Shown one piece after another: positions 31,088 through 41,969 of a stretch of 64,000 nucleotides of DNA; position 1 is the stretch's first letter, and the number at the start of each line of letters is the position of its first letter. The position numbers and the translations under genes were made by a program. Source of the DNA: an uncultured Eubacteriales bacterium (GTDB lineage: Bacteria > Bacillota > Clostridia > Oscillospirales > Acutalibacteraceae); contig CAKUPP010000002.1 in assembly GCA_934675165.1 (NCBI GenBank), forward strand, positions 3,718 to 67,717, written 5' to 3'. The notes below the pieces were generated by a model that worked only from the letters and a program-made list of their open reading frames with translations, was not told where the DNA came from and made no database searches.

Positions 31088-31126
31088 AAAGGGTGAAAGG
31101 CTAATGAAAATGGCTTTTTGCCCTTT
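31088..31126 (+). terminator. Probable terminator after rplL.
   Basis: Imperfect stem aaagggtgaaaggc/ggctttttgcccttt with a short T-run. Confidence 0.4.
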
Positions 31127-31241
31127 ACTATATACATAGGTTAATTTGTTTTTTTAATACATAATAAATAACTTTTTTGAATTTTCATGTTTTATATGAT
31201 ATCATATTTATCAGTAAAATATTTTTAGAAATGAGAATTAA

Positions 31242-32606
31242 ATGATGAACACAAAAGATACTATTAAAAAAAACGACGTAATTACACTCACAATTCAAGA
31301 TGTAACAATTGAAGGCGATGGAATAGGAAAATACAATGACGCTGTAATTTTTGTCCCACGTACTGCCATAGGTGATGTATTAAAAGTAAAAATAATAAAA
31401 GAAGCAAAAAATTATTTCGTAGGTAAAATTCAAGAAATTCTTTTACCTTTTCATGACAGAATATCTCCTGATTGTAATAACTACAAAAACTGTGGCGGAT
31501 GTGTATTTAGGCACCTTTCTTATGATGCAGAACTAAAAATAAAAGAAAAGCATATTAAAGATTGCCTGGAAAGAATAGGCCACTTTAAAAATGTTCCACT
31601 ACAAAAAATAAATAAAGCAAAAAAATTAAATTCTTATCGAAACAAGGCTCAAATTCCTCTGGGATACAATAAAAGTGGAAATTTGATTTCCGGTTTTTAC
31701 AGTCCAAGAAGTCATAATATAGTTGAATGTTCACGCTGTTTACTTCATCCAGAAAAATTTGACAAAATAGTGGATTTAATTAAATTTTGGATGAAAAAAT
31801 ACAACATATCTGCTTATAACGAAGCAAGTCATACTGGTTTAATTCGTCATATATATATAAGAACAGCAAATGAAAACAAAGAAATCATGGTTTGTTTAGT
31901 AGTAACAACAAGCAATATCGCTTACTTAGATAAACTAATTAATATTTTAACTTCAAACATACCTAACATATCTGGTATATTGCTAAATTTAAATAAAGAA
32001 AAAACAAATGTCATTTTGGGTAAAAAATTTATTACTATTTTTGGGAAAGACTATATAATCGATACACTTTGTGGACTAAATTTTAAAATTTCACCAGAAT
32101 CTTTTTATCAGATAAATCACGATCAAACAGAGCTTCTATACACAATTGCAAAAAACATTGCAAATGCAGAAAAGAGTCAACATGTAGTAGATCTGTACTG
32201 CGGTATTGGAACCATCGGGATGAGTATATCTAACAAACAAACATATATTACAGGAATTGAAATTGTACCTCAAGCAATTAAAAACGCCATTGAAAATGCT
32301 AAAATAAATAAATTTCAACATACAAAGTTCATTTGTGCTGATTCTTCAAATTCAATGCAAGCCATTTTAGAAGGATCACTTATTGTTATTGATCCTCCGC
32401 GAAAAGGGTGTTCTGATAATATGATAGATAATTTACTTAAATCATCTGCATCCAAAATAATTTATATTTCATGTAATCCTGCAACTTTAGCTAAAAATTT
32501 AAAAAAATTATGTGAAAATAATAATTATACTCTGCAGAGCATTATTCCAGTAGATATGTTTCCACGTACCGCCCATGTTGAAACCATAGCATTACTATCA
32601 AAATAG
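31242..32606 (+). CDS. RumA/RlmD-family 23S rRNA (uracil-C5)-methyltransferase (TRAM domain, Fe-S Cys cluster, SAM methyltransferase).
   Basis: TRAM-like N-terminus. Cys cluster CNNYKNCGGCVFRH. SAM motif DLYCGIGTIG, DPPRKG, and a catalytic Cys in YISCNPATL. Confidence 0.85.
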   Translation: MMNTKDTIKKNDVITLTIQDVTIEGDGIGKYNDAVIFVPRTAIGDVLKVKIIKEAKNYFVGKIQEILLPFHDRISPDCNNYKNCGGCVFRHLSYDAELKIKEKHIKDCLERIGHFKNVPLQKINKAKKLNSYRNKAQIPLGYNKSGNLISGFYSPRSHNIVECSRCLLHPEKFDKIVDLIKFWMKKYNISAYNEASHTGLIRHIYIRTANENKEIMVCLVVTTSNIAYLDKLINILTSNIPNISGILLNLNKEKTNVILGKKFITIFGKDYIIDTLCGLNFKISPESFYQINHDQTELLYTIAKNIANAEKSQHVVDLYCGIGTIGMSISNKQTYITGIEIVPQAIKNAIENAKINKFQHTKFICADSSNSMQAILEGSLIVIDPPRKGCSDNMIDNLLKSSASKIIYISCNPATLAKNLKKLCENNNYTLQSIIPVDMFPRTAHVETIALLSK

Positions 32607-32680
32607 GATCTACGTGATTATTTATTAATTTGAAACATACAAAGTTAGTAAAAAATTTTTAATTTAAAGGAGAATTTACA

Positions 32681-33304
32681 ATGATTTTTTCTCAACAGCA
32701 ATTGCCCGAATACTCGCCTTCCTCTAAAATACAGCTAACTGAACACTACGTAAAAATTCACAAAAAAATTTTAAATGAATCCATTCCAAATCTATCTTGC
32801 CAAAGTGAATACAGTAAATTTTTTAGAAATCCAAGTTCAAAAACACAGTGGTTAAACTGCTCAAAAATTTTTCTTGATTTTGCAAAAATAACTGATAAAT
32901 TTGAAAGAAACTTAAATATATTTTATGAATTTAAACTTATGCATCACCTTAATGAAAAAATATCAATAAATGAAGCAGATCTGGTTTACTTCATTGCATA
33001 CATTAAACGTTTTTCTAGATTTATAAGCACAGACCATCTTAAAAATTTGTGCAAAAATAAAAATAACGTTCACACAATTTTCTCACGTGGTCTTGCTTAC
33101 GCCATAGGAAATAGCAGACTATCTACAAAAACTCCAATTAAAAAATTTAATTATTCAGAAAAAGACGAAATACCACCACTCCTATTTAAAATTATGAGAA
33201 ATCCTACAATATGCAGCTATAACGTATCGTGTAATATCACATATGAAGAGTATCTAAAAACGCTAGCTGAAATTTCTTATTATCACATAACACATGGAAA
33301 TTAG
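32681..33304 (+). CDS. Hypothetical protein.
   Basis: Open frame with AGGAGA upstream. No motif recognised. Confidence 0.4.
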   Translation: MIFSQQQLPEYSPSSKIQLTEHYVKIHKKILNESIPNLSCQSEYSKFFRNPSSKTQWLNCSKIFLDFAKITDKFERNLNIFYEFKLMHHLNEKISINEADLVYFIAYIKRFSRFISTDHLKNLCKNKNNVHTIFSRGLAYAIGNSRLSTKTPIKKFNYSEKDEIPPLLFKIMRNPTICSYNVSCNITYEEYLKTLAEISYYHITHGN

Positions 33305-33310
33305 TACAAA

Positions 33311-33344
33311 AATCACAGGACTTCATGACAAGTCTTGTGATTTT
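33311..33344. terminator. Bidirectional terminator between convergent genes.
   Basis: Stem aatcacaggact/agtcttgtgatt flanked by an A-run and a T-run. Confidence 0.55.
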
Positions 33345-33381
33345 ACTATTTTGCTTCTATTTTTTAACCATATCAAAAAGC

Positions 33382-35265
33382 TCACTTTAATTTAATATGC
33401 TTAAATGTGGGCACTATTCTTAAAAGCATCGCTTCAACATCTTCTCTGCTACCTCGAGCACAAATAGTTCTAAGTTTTGACAATTGCTCTTTTAATTCAT
33501 TAATATCCATACTTATGGGTTTCCCTATATATATTTTATGATTTTTAGTCTTTTGTATACCCTCTTCATCCATTAAAAGCTCTTCATATAGCTTCTCTCC
33601 TGGCCGTAACCCTGTATATTCAATTTTTATATCTTCACCCGGAACAAAACCAGAAAGCCGTATAAGATTTTCCGCTAAATCTTTTATTTTAACTGGATCA
33701 CCCATATCTAAAACAAATATTTCTCCACCATTAGCAAAACCACCCGCCGTAAGAACTAATGACACTGCTTCCGGAATTGTCATAAAATATCTTATTATAT
33801 CTGGGTGAGTTACAGTTACAGGCCCCATCTTTTTTATCTGCTCTTCAAAAAGAGGTATAACAGATCCATTTGACCCCAAAACATTCCCAAATCTTACAGC
33901 AACAAATTCTGTTTCACTTTCCTTATTTTTCATTTGAACAAGCATTTCGCATATACGTTTCGTAGCACCCATTATATTTGTTGGATTAACAGCTTTATCA
34001 GTTGATATTTGTACAAATTTTTTAACTTTAAATTTATCTGCACATTCTATGAGGTTAAGTGTACCAAAAACATTATTTTTAACAGCTTCTTCAGGATTAT
34101 TTTCCATCAAAGGTACATGTTTGTGAGCTGCAGCGTGAAACACTACATCTACATTCTCAGATGAAAAAATTTCTTCCAATTCTTTTTTGTCACATATTGT
34201 AGCGATCTCTACGCCTAGATTAAAATCTTTACCATATTTCATCCTAAGTTCTTGCTGAATTTGGTAAGCACTATTTTCATACACATCTAAAATTATAAGA
34301 CGTTTACACCCAAGCTCTGCAATTTGCCTGCAAAGTTCAGATCCAATTGATCCACCACCACCTGTTACCATAACCGTTTTACCGGTAATATATCCTCCGT
34401 ATCTTTTTTTATCAAAAATGATAGGTTCTCTACCTAACAAATCTTCTACTTTTATTTTTCTTATGGCAGAATTTAAAGAAGTTCCAGAAGTCAAAACTTC
34501 GTACATATTCGGAATAATCCTAACCTCTAAATTTGTTTTAGCACAAATATCCAGAATCTTTCGCCGTTGAGACAATGATATGGAAGTAATAGAAAACAAA
34601 ATCACATCTACTTTAAATTTTTCACATAAATCTGGAATTTCTGTTGTATTTCCCTCAACCCTTACACCCATAATTTTTCTGCCTATTTTCTCTCTATCAT
34701 CATCTGCAATTGCAACTGGCGTGTATTTATTACCGGAATACTTAAACATTTCTCTTAAAAGTAAAGCTGTAGATTCTCCAGCACCTACTATAAGCATTCT
34801 TTTTTTACCAATTTCATCTTCTCCAGATACATTATCTATAAGCCTATTTATCCTATAAATCAGTCTGAAAACAACTATAGACGACATAGAAGTAAGCAAA
34901 AATATAAAGTGCATACGTGGACTCATTTTTACCATAAATATTCGGGTAAACACAAAAAATATCACATTTGCGCAAAATGTAGCTAGTCCTGCATAAAAGA
35001 AATCTTCTACGTCAGCATATCTCCAAATTTTATCATAAATCTTAAATACTAAAAACATAAAAGCAAAACAAACGTTCACCATAACAAGATATTCAAAAAA
35101 TTTATTATCAACTGCTACAAAAGTCAAACTATTTTTATTAATTGCGTAAGAAATATAAAAAGATAAATTCCATATAATAAAATCACAAAAAAACAGTGCA
35201 TACTTTCTGTATTTCTTAACGAACCTCCAAATAACATCTTTTATATTTCCCATAAATTCACACAC
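33382..35265 (-). CDS. Membrane-anchored NDP-sugar 4,6-dehydratase/epimerase for polysaccharide biosynthesis (CapD/PglF/WbpM type).
   Basis: Four N-terminal TM segments, two Rossmann regions and VTGGGGSIGSEL. Confidence 0.85.
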   Translation of the reverse strand: MCEFMGNIKDVIWRFVKKYRKYALFFCDFIIWNLSFYISYAINKNSLTFVAVDNKFFEYLVMVNVCFAFMFLVFKIYDKIWRYADVEDFFYAGLATFCANVIFFVFTRIFMVKMSPRMHFIFLLTSMSSIVVFRLIYRINRLIDNVSGEDEIGKKRMLIVGAGESTALLLREMFKYSGNKYTPVAIADDDREKIGRKIMGVRVEGNTTEIPDLCEKFKVDVILFSITSISLSQRRKILDICAKTNLEVRIIPNMYEVLTSGTSLNSAIRKIKVEDLLGREPIIFDKKRYGGYITGKTVMVTGGGGSIGSELCRQIAELGCKRLIILDVYENSAYQIQQELRMKYGKDFNLGVEIATICDKKELEEIFSSENVDVVFHAAAHKHVPLMENNPEEAVKNNVFGTLNLIECADKFKVKKFVQISTDKAVNPTNIMGATKRICEMLVQMKNKESETEFVAVRFGNVLGSNGSVIPLFEEQIKKMGPVTVTHPDIIRYFMTIPEAVSLVLTAGGFANGGEIFVLDMGDPVKIKDLAENLIRLSGFVPGEDIKIEYTGLRPGEKLYEELLMDEEGIQKTKNHKIYIGKPISMDINELKEQLSKLRTICARGSREDVEAMLLRIVPTFKHIKLK

Positions 35266-35277
35266 TTTTCTTTATTT

Positions 35278-35910
35278 TTATTTTGTTCCAAAAATTCTAT
35301 CTCCAGCATCCCCTAACCCCGGAATAATATAACTGTTTTCATTAAGCATCTCATCTTTAGCTGCACAATAAATTTTAACATCAGGATGAGCACTTGAAAG
35401 AGCTTTTATACCTTGATCAGAAGCAATTATACACATAAATTTTACAGTTCTGGGATTTTTCTTCTTTACGCTATCTATAGCATCAATTGCAGATCCACCA
35501 GTTGCAAGCATTGGATCGAGTATTATAACATCCCTTTTGTCAATATCTACGGGAAGCTTACAATAATATTCAACCGGCTGTAGCGTATTTGGATCACGAT
35601 ATAATCCGATATGTCCAACCCTGGCTGTAGGCACCATATTGACAACACCTTCAACCATCCCTAATCCTGCTCTCAAAATTGGTACAAACGCTAAGTGCCT
35701 CTCTGCAAGAATTTTTGTTTTTGCAGTTGCCACAGGTGTTTCAACTTCAACCTCTTTGAGTGGCAAATCTCGCAAAGACTCATAACACATAAGCATTGTT
35801 ACTTCACTAATAAGTTCTCTAAACTCCTTTGAACTCGTGTTCTTATCCCTTAAAAGAGAAATTTTATGTTGAATCAATGGATGATCCATTATCATTACAT
35901 TTTCCGGCAT
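35278..35910 (-). CDS. upp: Uracil phosphoribosyltransferase.
   Basis: [25 protein letters not shown] and the PRPP motif [14 protein letters not shown]. The start may be an internal Met a few codons downstream. Confidence 0.95.
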   Translation of the reverse strand: MPENVMIMDHPLIQHKISLLRDKNTSSKEFRELISEVTMLMCYESLRDLPLKEVEVETPVATAKTKILAERHLAFVPILRAGLGMVEGVVNMVPTARVGHIGLYRDPNTLQPVEYYCKLPVDIDKRDVIILDPMLATGGSAIDAIDSVKKKNPRTVKFMCIIASDQGIKALSSAHPDVKIYCAAKDEMLNENSYIIPGLGDAGDRIFGTK

Positions 35911-35935
35911 AATACATTACCTCCAATTATTTAAT

Positions 35936-36364
35936 CTACACTTTCTCTATTAAATTTACTCGATTTAAATGCCTACCACCTTCAAAAGAAGTGTTTAAAA
36001 AGTTATCTACAATAACAATTGCCTTCGCAAAATCAGTAAATCTACCACTTAAACACAAAACATTTGCATCGTTATGTTTTCTTGCCAAAATTGCTAATTC
36101 AGGTTCATAACAAAGTGCAGCGCGTACTCCTGCAACTTTATTTGCCGAAATTGAAACTCCTATCCCAGAACCACATACTAATATTCCTTTATCACAAATA
36201 CTTGATGAAACGAGGTTTGCAACTTTCTTTGCATAAATTGGATAATCACACGATTCTTTATTAAATGTTCCAACGTCTTCAATTTTTAATCCTTTTTTCT
36301 CTAAATAATTTTTTATATTCACTTTCAATTCGTAACCTGCGTGATCAGAACCTAAAGCTATCAT
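35936..36364 (-). CDS. rpiB: Ribose-5-phosphate isomerase B.
   Basis: GSDHAGYELK and CGSGIGVSISANK motifs. Confidence 0.9.
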   Translation of the reverse strand: MIALGSDHAGYELKVNIKNYLEKKGLKIEDVGTFNKESCDYPIYAKKVANLVSSSICDKGILVCGSGIGVSISANKVAGVRAALCYEPELAILARKHNDANVLCLSGRFTDFAKAIVIVDNFLNTSFEGGRHLNRVNLIEKV

Positions 36365-37083
36365 ATATCTTCATCCTCCTTCTTTAAATTTTTTTCTAAA
36401 AGTCTTTGAGCTTGTGGAATATTTATATAATTTATATCGACATTAATATTATATTTCTCGTCAAACCCTTTATACTTTCTTTCGGCTAAAAATGCCACAC
36501 TCGAAGCGCGTATATAACGATTTTTCTCTTCAGATAAAACACATTTTTCAGCTTTGATTAAGCTTTCAATATTATTATAACACATACTAGCTCCATCTCC
36601 AACAAATTCTATATCTGAATTTATCTTTTGAAGCTCCTTATCCAAACTTTTAATTGAAACCGTTCTATCACCAGTTAATCTAGTTAATGCTTTATCACGT
36701 TTTTCGAACAAAGCATTATATACTTGACCTCTACGCGCATCCATACATGCACAAATTATCGAGTATCTACCAGAAGCACCAAAAGCTAAAGCCTCAAGCG
36801 ACGATACTCCTATGCAAGGTTTTTGACTAGCAAGTGAAAGTCCTTCAACAGTAGACACACCTATACGAAGCCCAGTAAATGACCCTGGCCCATTTGTAAC
36901 AGCAAATAAATCTATGTCCTCTGCAGATGCTTTTAAATTAAAAAGAATAGATTCAATCATAGGTGATATTGTCTGACTATGCGTAAGCCCGGAATTTATA
37001 AACGTTTCTCCTAAAATTACTCCGTTTTCAACGACTGCAACAGAAGCAGTTATTGATGACGAATCAACAGCCAATATTTTCAT
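36361..37083 (-). CDS. tsaB: tRNA t6A biosynthesis protein TsaB.
   Basis: MKILAVDSSS start and GPGSFTGLRIG motif. It overlaps tsaE. Confidence 0.9.
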   Translation of the reverse strand: MKILAVDSSSITASVAVVENGVILGETFINSGLTHSQTISPMIESILFNLKASAEDIDLFAVTNGPGSFTGLRIGVSTVEGLSLASQKPCIGVSSLEALAFGASGRYSIICACMDARRGQVYNALFEKRDKALTRLTGDRTVSIKSLDKELQKINSDIEFVGDGASMCYNNIESLIKAEKCVLSEEKNRYIRASSVAFLAERKYKGFDEKYNINVDINYINIPQAQRLLEKNLKKEDEDI

Positions 37084-37504
37084 CAAAATCAACACCCTTA
37101 ATTTCTATTATCCTTAATGTTTCACTGTTACCTTTCTCTATTGAAATTTCTATAGCATCATCAGGAATATCGTTTTCAATATTTTCACTCCATTCTATTA
37201 AAAACACACCTCTGTTTATATAATCAAAATATCCCGTTGATTCCAAATCTTCAGATGATTTTATGCGATACATATCGAAATGATATATTTTAAACTTATT
37301 TGTTTGATATTCATTCACCAGCGAAAAAGTAGGACTAGAAACCAAATTTTTTATACCAAAATAATCAACCATTCCGCGTATAAACGCAGTTTTACCTACA
37401 CCCAAATCTCCATAAAATGCCACAACTTCATTACCTTTTAGTCTTTTTGCCAATTTTTGAGCTATTGCCTCAGTATCTTTTACACAATGCGTTACAAACT
37501 TCAC
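37064..37504 (-). CDS. tsaE: tRNA t6A biosynthesis ATPase TsaE.
   Basis: P-loop GDLGVGKT, SPTFSLVNEY, and HFDMYR. Confidence 0.9.
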   Translation of the reverse strand: MKFVTHCVKDTEAIAQKLAKRLKGNEVVAFYGDLGVGKTAFIRGMVDYFGIKNLVSSPTFSLVNEYQTNKFKIYHFDMYRIKSSEDLESTGYFDYINRGVFLIEWSENIENDIPDDAIEISIEKGNSETLRIIEIKGVDFDENIGC

Positions 37505-37513
37505 TTTAATCCC

Positions 37514-38248
37514 CTACACAATCTTTCTAAGAAATTTGCTAACTCTCACATTTTGACAATTTTCAAAAAGTTCTTTAGGAGTTTCATCAGCTATTATTTT
37601 TCCTTGATCCATAAACAAAACACGTGTTGCCGCTTCCTTTACAAAACTCATTTCATGCGTAACAACAATCATAGTCATACCTTGATTTGCAATATCCACC
37701 ATGACAGATATAACTTCTTTAATCATTTCCGGATCCAACGCAGAAGTAGGTTCATCAAAAAGTATTACTTTTGGATTCATTATAAGTGCCCGTATTATTG
37801 CCACGCGTTGCTTTTGGCCACCAGAAAGTCTTGAAGGGTAAGAATCAGCTTTATCTCTGAGCCCTACTTTTTCAAGAAGAGCCAAAGCACATTGTTTAGC
37901 ATCCCGTTTAGAATATATCCTTAAAGAAATGGGTGCAAGTGTTATATTTTCGAGTATAGTTAAGTGAGGGAAAAGGTTAAAATGCTGAAACACCATACCA
38001 ATATCCTTTCTTATTTTGTCCATATTACATCTAGGATCTGTTATGCTTTTTCCTTCAAATTCTATCTCACCACTAGTAGGTACTTCCAGTCCATTAAGAC
38101 ATCTCAAAAATGTGCTTTTCCCCGAACCCGATGGACCAATTATAGCAACTTTTTCACCCTGTTTAAAATCAACATTTATTCCACTTAAAATCCTCAATGT
38201 TTTATTATCGTGTTTAAATTCTTTATACAAGTTCCTAACGCTTATCAC
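37514..38248 (-). CDS. Polar amino-acid ABC transporter ATP-binding protein (GlnQ-like).
   Basis: Walker A GPSGSGKST, signature LSGGQKQRVAI, Walker B ILFDEPTSALD. Confidence 0.9.
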   Translation of the reverse strand: MISVRNLYKEFKHDNKTLRILSGINVDFKQGEKVAIIGPSGSGKSTFLRCLNGLEVPTSGEIEFEGKSITDPRCNMDKIRKDIGMVFQHFNLFPHLTILENITLAPISLRIYSKRDAKQCALALLEKVGLRDKADSYPSRLSGGQKQRVAIIRALIMNPKVILFDEPTSALDPEMIKEVISVMVDIANQGMTMIVVTHEMSFVKEAATRVLFMDQGKIIADETPKELFENCQNVRVSKFLRKIV

Positions 38249-39701
38249 TTATACGTAATCTCCTTTCCATAACGGACATAACACATGTAGTAAGCATAAC
38301 CATAATCAGGTAAATACCAGCAGTAGTTAAAAGAGGGACCAACGCTTCATATGTTTGACTACGTATTATATCACCAGCTCTTGAAAGATCTGTAATGCCT
38401 ATAAACCCTGCAACTGCAGTTTCCTTTATCAACTGAATAAATTCATTAACAAGTGTTGGCAAAATATTTTTGAAGGCCTGCGGAATTATTATTTTTCTCA
38501 TAGTAATCCCTGAACTCAGCCCAAGTGATCTTCCTGCTTCATACTGACCACCATCGACCGAAAGTATTCCTGATCTTATTATTTCAGAAACGTATGCTCC
38601 AGAATTTATGCCAAAAGCAATCATCGCTATCGCTATTTTACTCAAACCGGTAGAACACAAAACCAAATAGTAAATTGCAAAAAGTTGAACTACAACTGGC
38701 GTACCACGTATTATACTCAAATATATATCGGCAATTATTTTAAAAAACCTAATCAAAAAGCTTTTACTTCTACTTACTTTTATGAGAGAAATTACAAGAC
38801 CCAATGTAATTCCAATCAGGAGCGCAACAGCGGTTATTTCAACTGTGACCAAAAATCCATTTAAGATCATTTTATATCTATCTTTGTACACTAAATTACG
38901 ATATATTTGACCTATCAAATCCACACTTTCAGTTTCATTAATATACAAATAATTCGATTTTATAGTTTCTAATTCTCCAGAATTTTTCATATCATGCAAA
39001 ATGAGATTTATGTTGTTCAAAATATCTGTTTTCCCTTTTGGAACAGCAATTCTGTAATCTTCTTCAAACAAACATTCATCCAAAAGCTTGATAACACTGC
39101 CCCATGTACGCACTAATTTTTGTGCAGGCATATCATCAACAATCACTGCATCCACTCTACCATTTATTAAATCCAGTACTGCATCCGTTGCTTTATTGTA
39201 TCTCTCAACTGAAGAATCAGGATAATTTTCGGTACAGTACTTGTCTCCTGTAAAACCTAAAACAACACCTATCTTCTTACCATGCAAATCATTTGCACAT
39301 TCTATTAAACTCATTTTTGGAATTATAATCATCTGCTTTGAAGTATAATAAGGCTCAGAAAAATCCACACTCTTAGATTTTTCTTCACTTGAACTCATCG
39401 CTGAAATAGCAAAATCACAGTTACCGTTTAAAAGTTCCAATATCACTGCATCAAATGAAACATCATTTATTTTTAAATCGACATTCATTTTTTCAGCAAT
39501 TTTTTCAGCAATATCTATGTCTATTCCAACCATTTTATCGCCATCTTTATATTCAAATGGTTCAAACTCAGCATTTGTAGCCACTGTTATGTATCCACGA
39601 TGTTTAATATCTGGAACAAAATCATTGCACAAACCACAAATATTTCCACAAAACCAAGACATTATGAAAATAATAGTCAAACACTTAAAAAATTTTTTCA
39701 C
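38235..39701 (-). CDS. Fused amino-acid ABC transporter substrate-binding protein and permease.
   Basis: N-terminal family-3 solute-binding domain after a signal sequence. The C-terminal HisM/GlnP-type permease has the EAA-like motif YEAGRSLGLS. Confidence 0.85.
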   Translation of the reverse strand: MKKFFKCLTIIFIMSWFCGNICGLCNDFVPDIKHRGYITVATNAEFEPFEYKDGDKMVGIDIDIAEKIAEKMNVDLKINDVSFDAVILELLNGNCDFAISAMSSSEEKSKSVDFSEPYYTSKQMIIIPKMSLIECANDLHGKKIGVVLGFTGDKYCTENYPDSSVERYNKATDAVLDLINGRVDAVIVDDMPAQKLVRTWGSVIKLLDECLFEEDYRIAVPKGKTDILNNINLILHDMKNSGELETIKSNYLYINETESVDLIGQIYRNLVYKDRYKMILNGFLVTVEITAVALLIGITLGLVISLIKVSRSKSFLIRFFKIIADIYLSIIRGTPVVVQLFAIYYLVLCSTGLSKIAIAMIAFGINSGAYVSEIIRSGILSVDGGQYEAGRSLGLSSGITMRKIIIPQAFKNILPTLVNEFIQLIKETAVAGFIGITDLSRAGDIIRSQTYEALVPLLTTAGIYLIMVMLTTCVMSVMERRLRISDKR

Positions 39702-39737
39702 CGATCTTTATATCCCCCTAATCAGACACTTAGTACA

Positions 39738-41609
39738 TTAAATTTTTGGTTTGCTATAAAAATATGGCACGAGTGTAGTAGCAACTTTTTCGTGTTTTCT
39801 AAGCTGCTTTTCTATAAAGAAAGTAGTTTGATTATGGTAAATTGCATCTTTCCAACCATTACCACTTATTCTCGTCAAAACTACAGTCAAACTTTCTCCT
39901 TCTTTAAGCTCTGCTTCACGCTGACCAACATAACTATCAATAGGAGTAAGTATATCTCTATACGGTGTATATATAATCGTGAGAGGCACCTCTATTTTCA
40001 GATCATTCCACTGTTTGCGAAGCCTCTCGGTCTCTACCTTTGATACAGAAATATGTAGTGGCGTAACATTTGAAGTTATTCGATTTGCATAGTCAAAAGT
40101 CTTAAGCGCTGCTCTATTCATTTTATTTATTAAAACAATACAAGGAAATGTATCTGTACTAGCACTTTTCTTGTATTTATAATTATACCCCAAAATACTG
40201 ATGCCCTTTAAAAATCTAAAATAATGTTTATGTGTTGAGGACATAAACCACATCAAAAGTGGTGTTACAATAAGAAGTGCCCAAGCGCCATGAGTAAACT
40301 TAGTGGTGAACACCACAATCGATCCTACAAAAGTAACTAATGCACCGAATCCATTTATAAGGGATTTATATTGCCAACCTGATTCTTTCGACCGTAGCCA
40401 CTTAATAAACATACCGAACTGAGAAATTGTGAATGAAACAAAAACACCAACTGAATAAAATGGAATCAATCTATGAGTATCTGCATTAAATACTATTAGA
40501 AGTAACGCACTGGAAATAAATATAAATACTATTCCATTTGAAAAACTAAGCTTAGTCCCTCGCTGAGAAAACTGACGTGGCATGTATCTATCTTTTGCCA
40601 ATATAGAGAGGAGAATGGGCAGCCCACTATACGACGTATTTGCAGCCAATAGTAGTATAAGCGAAGTGGTAAATTGTAAGACATAAAACATTAATCCATT
40701 TCCAAAGATTGACGTTGCCATCTGAGAAAGAACTGTTTTATCGTGCATTGGAACCACATTCAAAAATGTGGCCAAAAAACTTGTACCGCCAAATATAAAT
40801 ATTATTATTCCACCAAGCATAAATAAAACTTGCTTTGCTGTTTTTTGAGAAGGCTCCTTAAAACTGGGTATAGCATTACTTACCGCCTCCACACCTGTAA
40901 GCGCTGAACAACCAGATGAAAACGCACACAAAAACAAAACCAGTGATATTCCAGTAAGATTATCAGTCATTATACCGCTAAGCTGTGCGGATGTATACGT
41001 AATTGGAGTCAAAGTATGGTTAAAAAATCTTACAAATCCAGTAACAATAAGTGTAATCATCGAAAAAATAAACATATATGTTGGTATGCCAAAAATTTTT
41101 GAAGATTCTCCTATTCCTCTCAAATTTACTAAAGTAATTGCACCAACGCATACGAGAGAAATAAAAATTCTATATGGTTCCAAAAAAGGATAAACTGCGA
41201 GTATTGCCGCAGTAGATGAAGAAATACTTACCGCAACTGTCATTATGTAATCTATTATAAGACACGTTGCAGCAAGTAGTGAAGCTTTTTTTCCAAAATT
41301 CTCTTTCGAAACAACATATGCTCCGCCACCATTTGGATAATGGCTTATTATCTGAGAATAAGAAAATATAAGTATTAAAAGCAACAGTATAATAGGGACA
41401 CTTACAAAACCTACATATCTTGCTGCCATAATTCCCAAAGCTGGAACAAGAGCCATTAAAATTTCTTCAACAGCATATGCTACAGAAGACACAGCATCAC
41501 TAGCCATTATAGGTAATCCCCATAATCTGGATAATTTTTCATCTTTAAGTTGATCATCTTTCAAAGCTGAACCAAGCAAAATTGTTTTCAAATCCCTCAG
41601 TTTACCCAT
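39738..41609 (-). CDS. APC-superfamily permease with a C-terminal cytoplasmic extension.
   Basis: About 12 TM segments, the conserved N-terminus SRLWGLPIMASDAVSSVAYA, and a soluble C-terminus of about 150 aa. Confidence 0.7.
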   Translation of the reverse strand: MGKLRDLKTILLGSALKDDQLKDEKLSRLWGLPIMASDAVSSVAYAVEEILMALVPALGIMAARYVGFVSVPIILLLLILIFSYSQIISHYPNGGGAYVVSKENFGKKASLLAATCLIIDYIMTVAVSISSSTAAILAVYPFLEPYRIFISLVCVGAITLVNLRGIGESSKIFGIPTYMFIFSMITLIVTGFVRFFNHTLTPITYTSAQLSGIMTDNLTGISLVLFLCAFSSGCSALTGVEAVSNAIPSFKEPSQKTAKQVLFMLGGIIIFIFGGTSFLATFLNVVPMHDKTVLSQMATSIFGNGLMFYVLQFTTSLILLLAANTSYSGLPILLSILAKDRYMPRQFSQRGTKLSFSNGIVFIFISSALLLIVFNADTHRLIPFYSVGVFVSFTISQFGMFIKWLRSKESGWQYKSLINGFGALVTFVGSIVVFTTKFTHGAWALLIVTPLLMWFMSSTHKHYFRFLKGISILGYNYKYKKSASTDTFPCIVLINKMNRAALKTFDYANRITSNVTPLHISVSKVETERLRKQWNDLKIEVPLTIIYTPYRDILTPIDSYVGQREAELKEGESLTVVLTRISGNGWKDAIYHNQTTFFIEKQLRKHEKVATTLVPYFYSKPKI

Positions 41610-41720
41610 TTTTTACAATCCCCCGTTTTAAATTTTCAATTTAAAATAGCTCTACAAACAATACTACCACAAAAACAAATAAACTCAAAATTTTTTTCAA
41701 ATTTTTAAAATAAATTTTTA

Positions 41721-41945
41721 TTACTTCTCAATATTTAACTTTTTCTGTAATTTTAAAATTTCTTTTTTCCTCTGCTCATACTTTTCTTTATTCAAAACTA
41801 TATTGCCTTTACTATCTACTTCAATTATACTGCCTTCTGATAAACCGTCAACATGATTTTTTTTTTCAATAATTACTTCTTCACATTTTTCATTTTCACA
41901 TACTAAAACATCATTTTCAATACGATCAACAGATAAAAAATTCAT
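41721..41945 (-). CDS. DUF3006-like small protein.
   Basis: VDRIENDVLVCE...GLSEGSIIEV pattern, adjacent to an MBL-fold gene as is usual for this family. Confidence 0.55.
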   Translation of the reverse strand: MNFLSVDRIENDVLVCENEKCEEVIIEKKNHVDGLSEGSIIEVDSKGNIVLNKEKYEQRKKEILKLQKKLNIEK

Positions 41946-41969
41946 TATCTATCCCCCTCAAATTTATTA

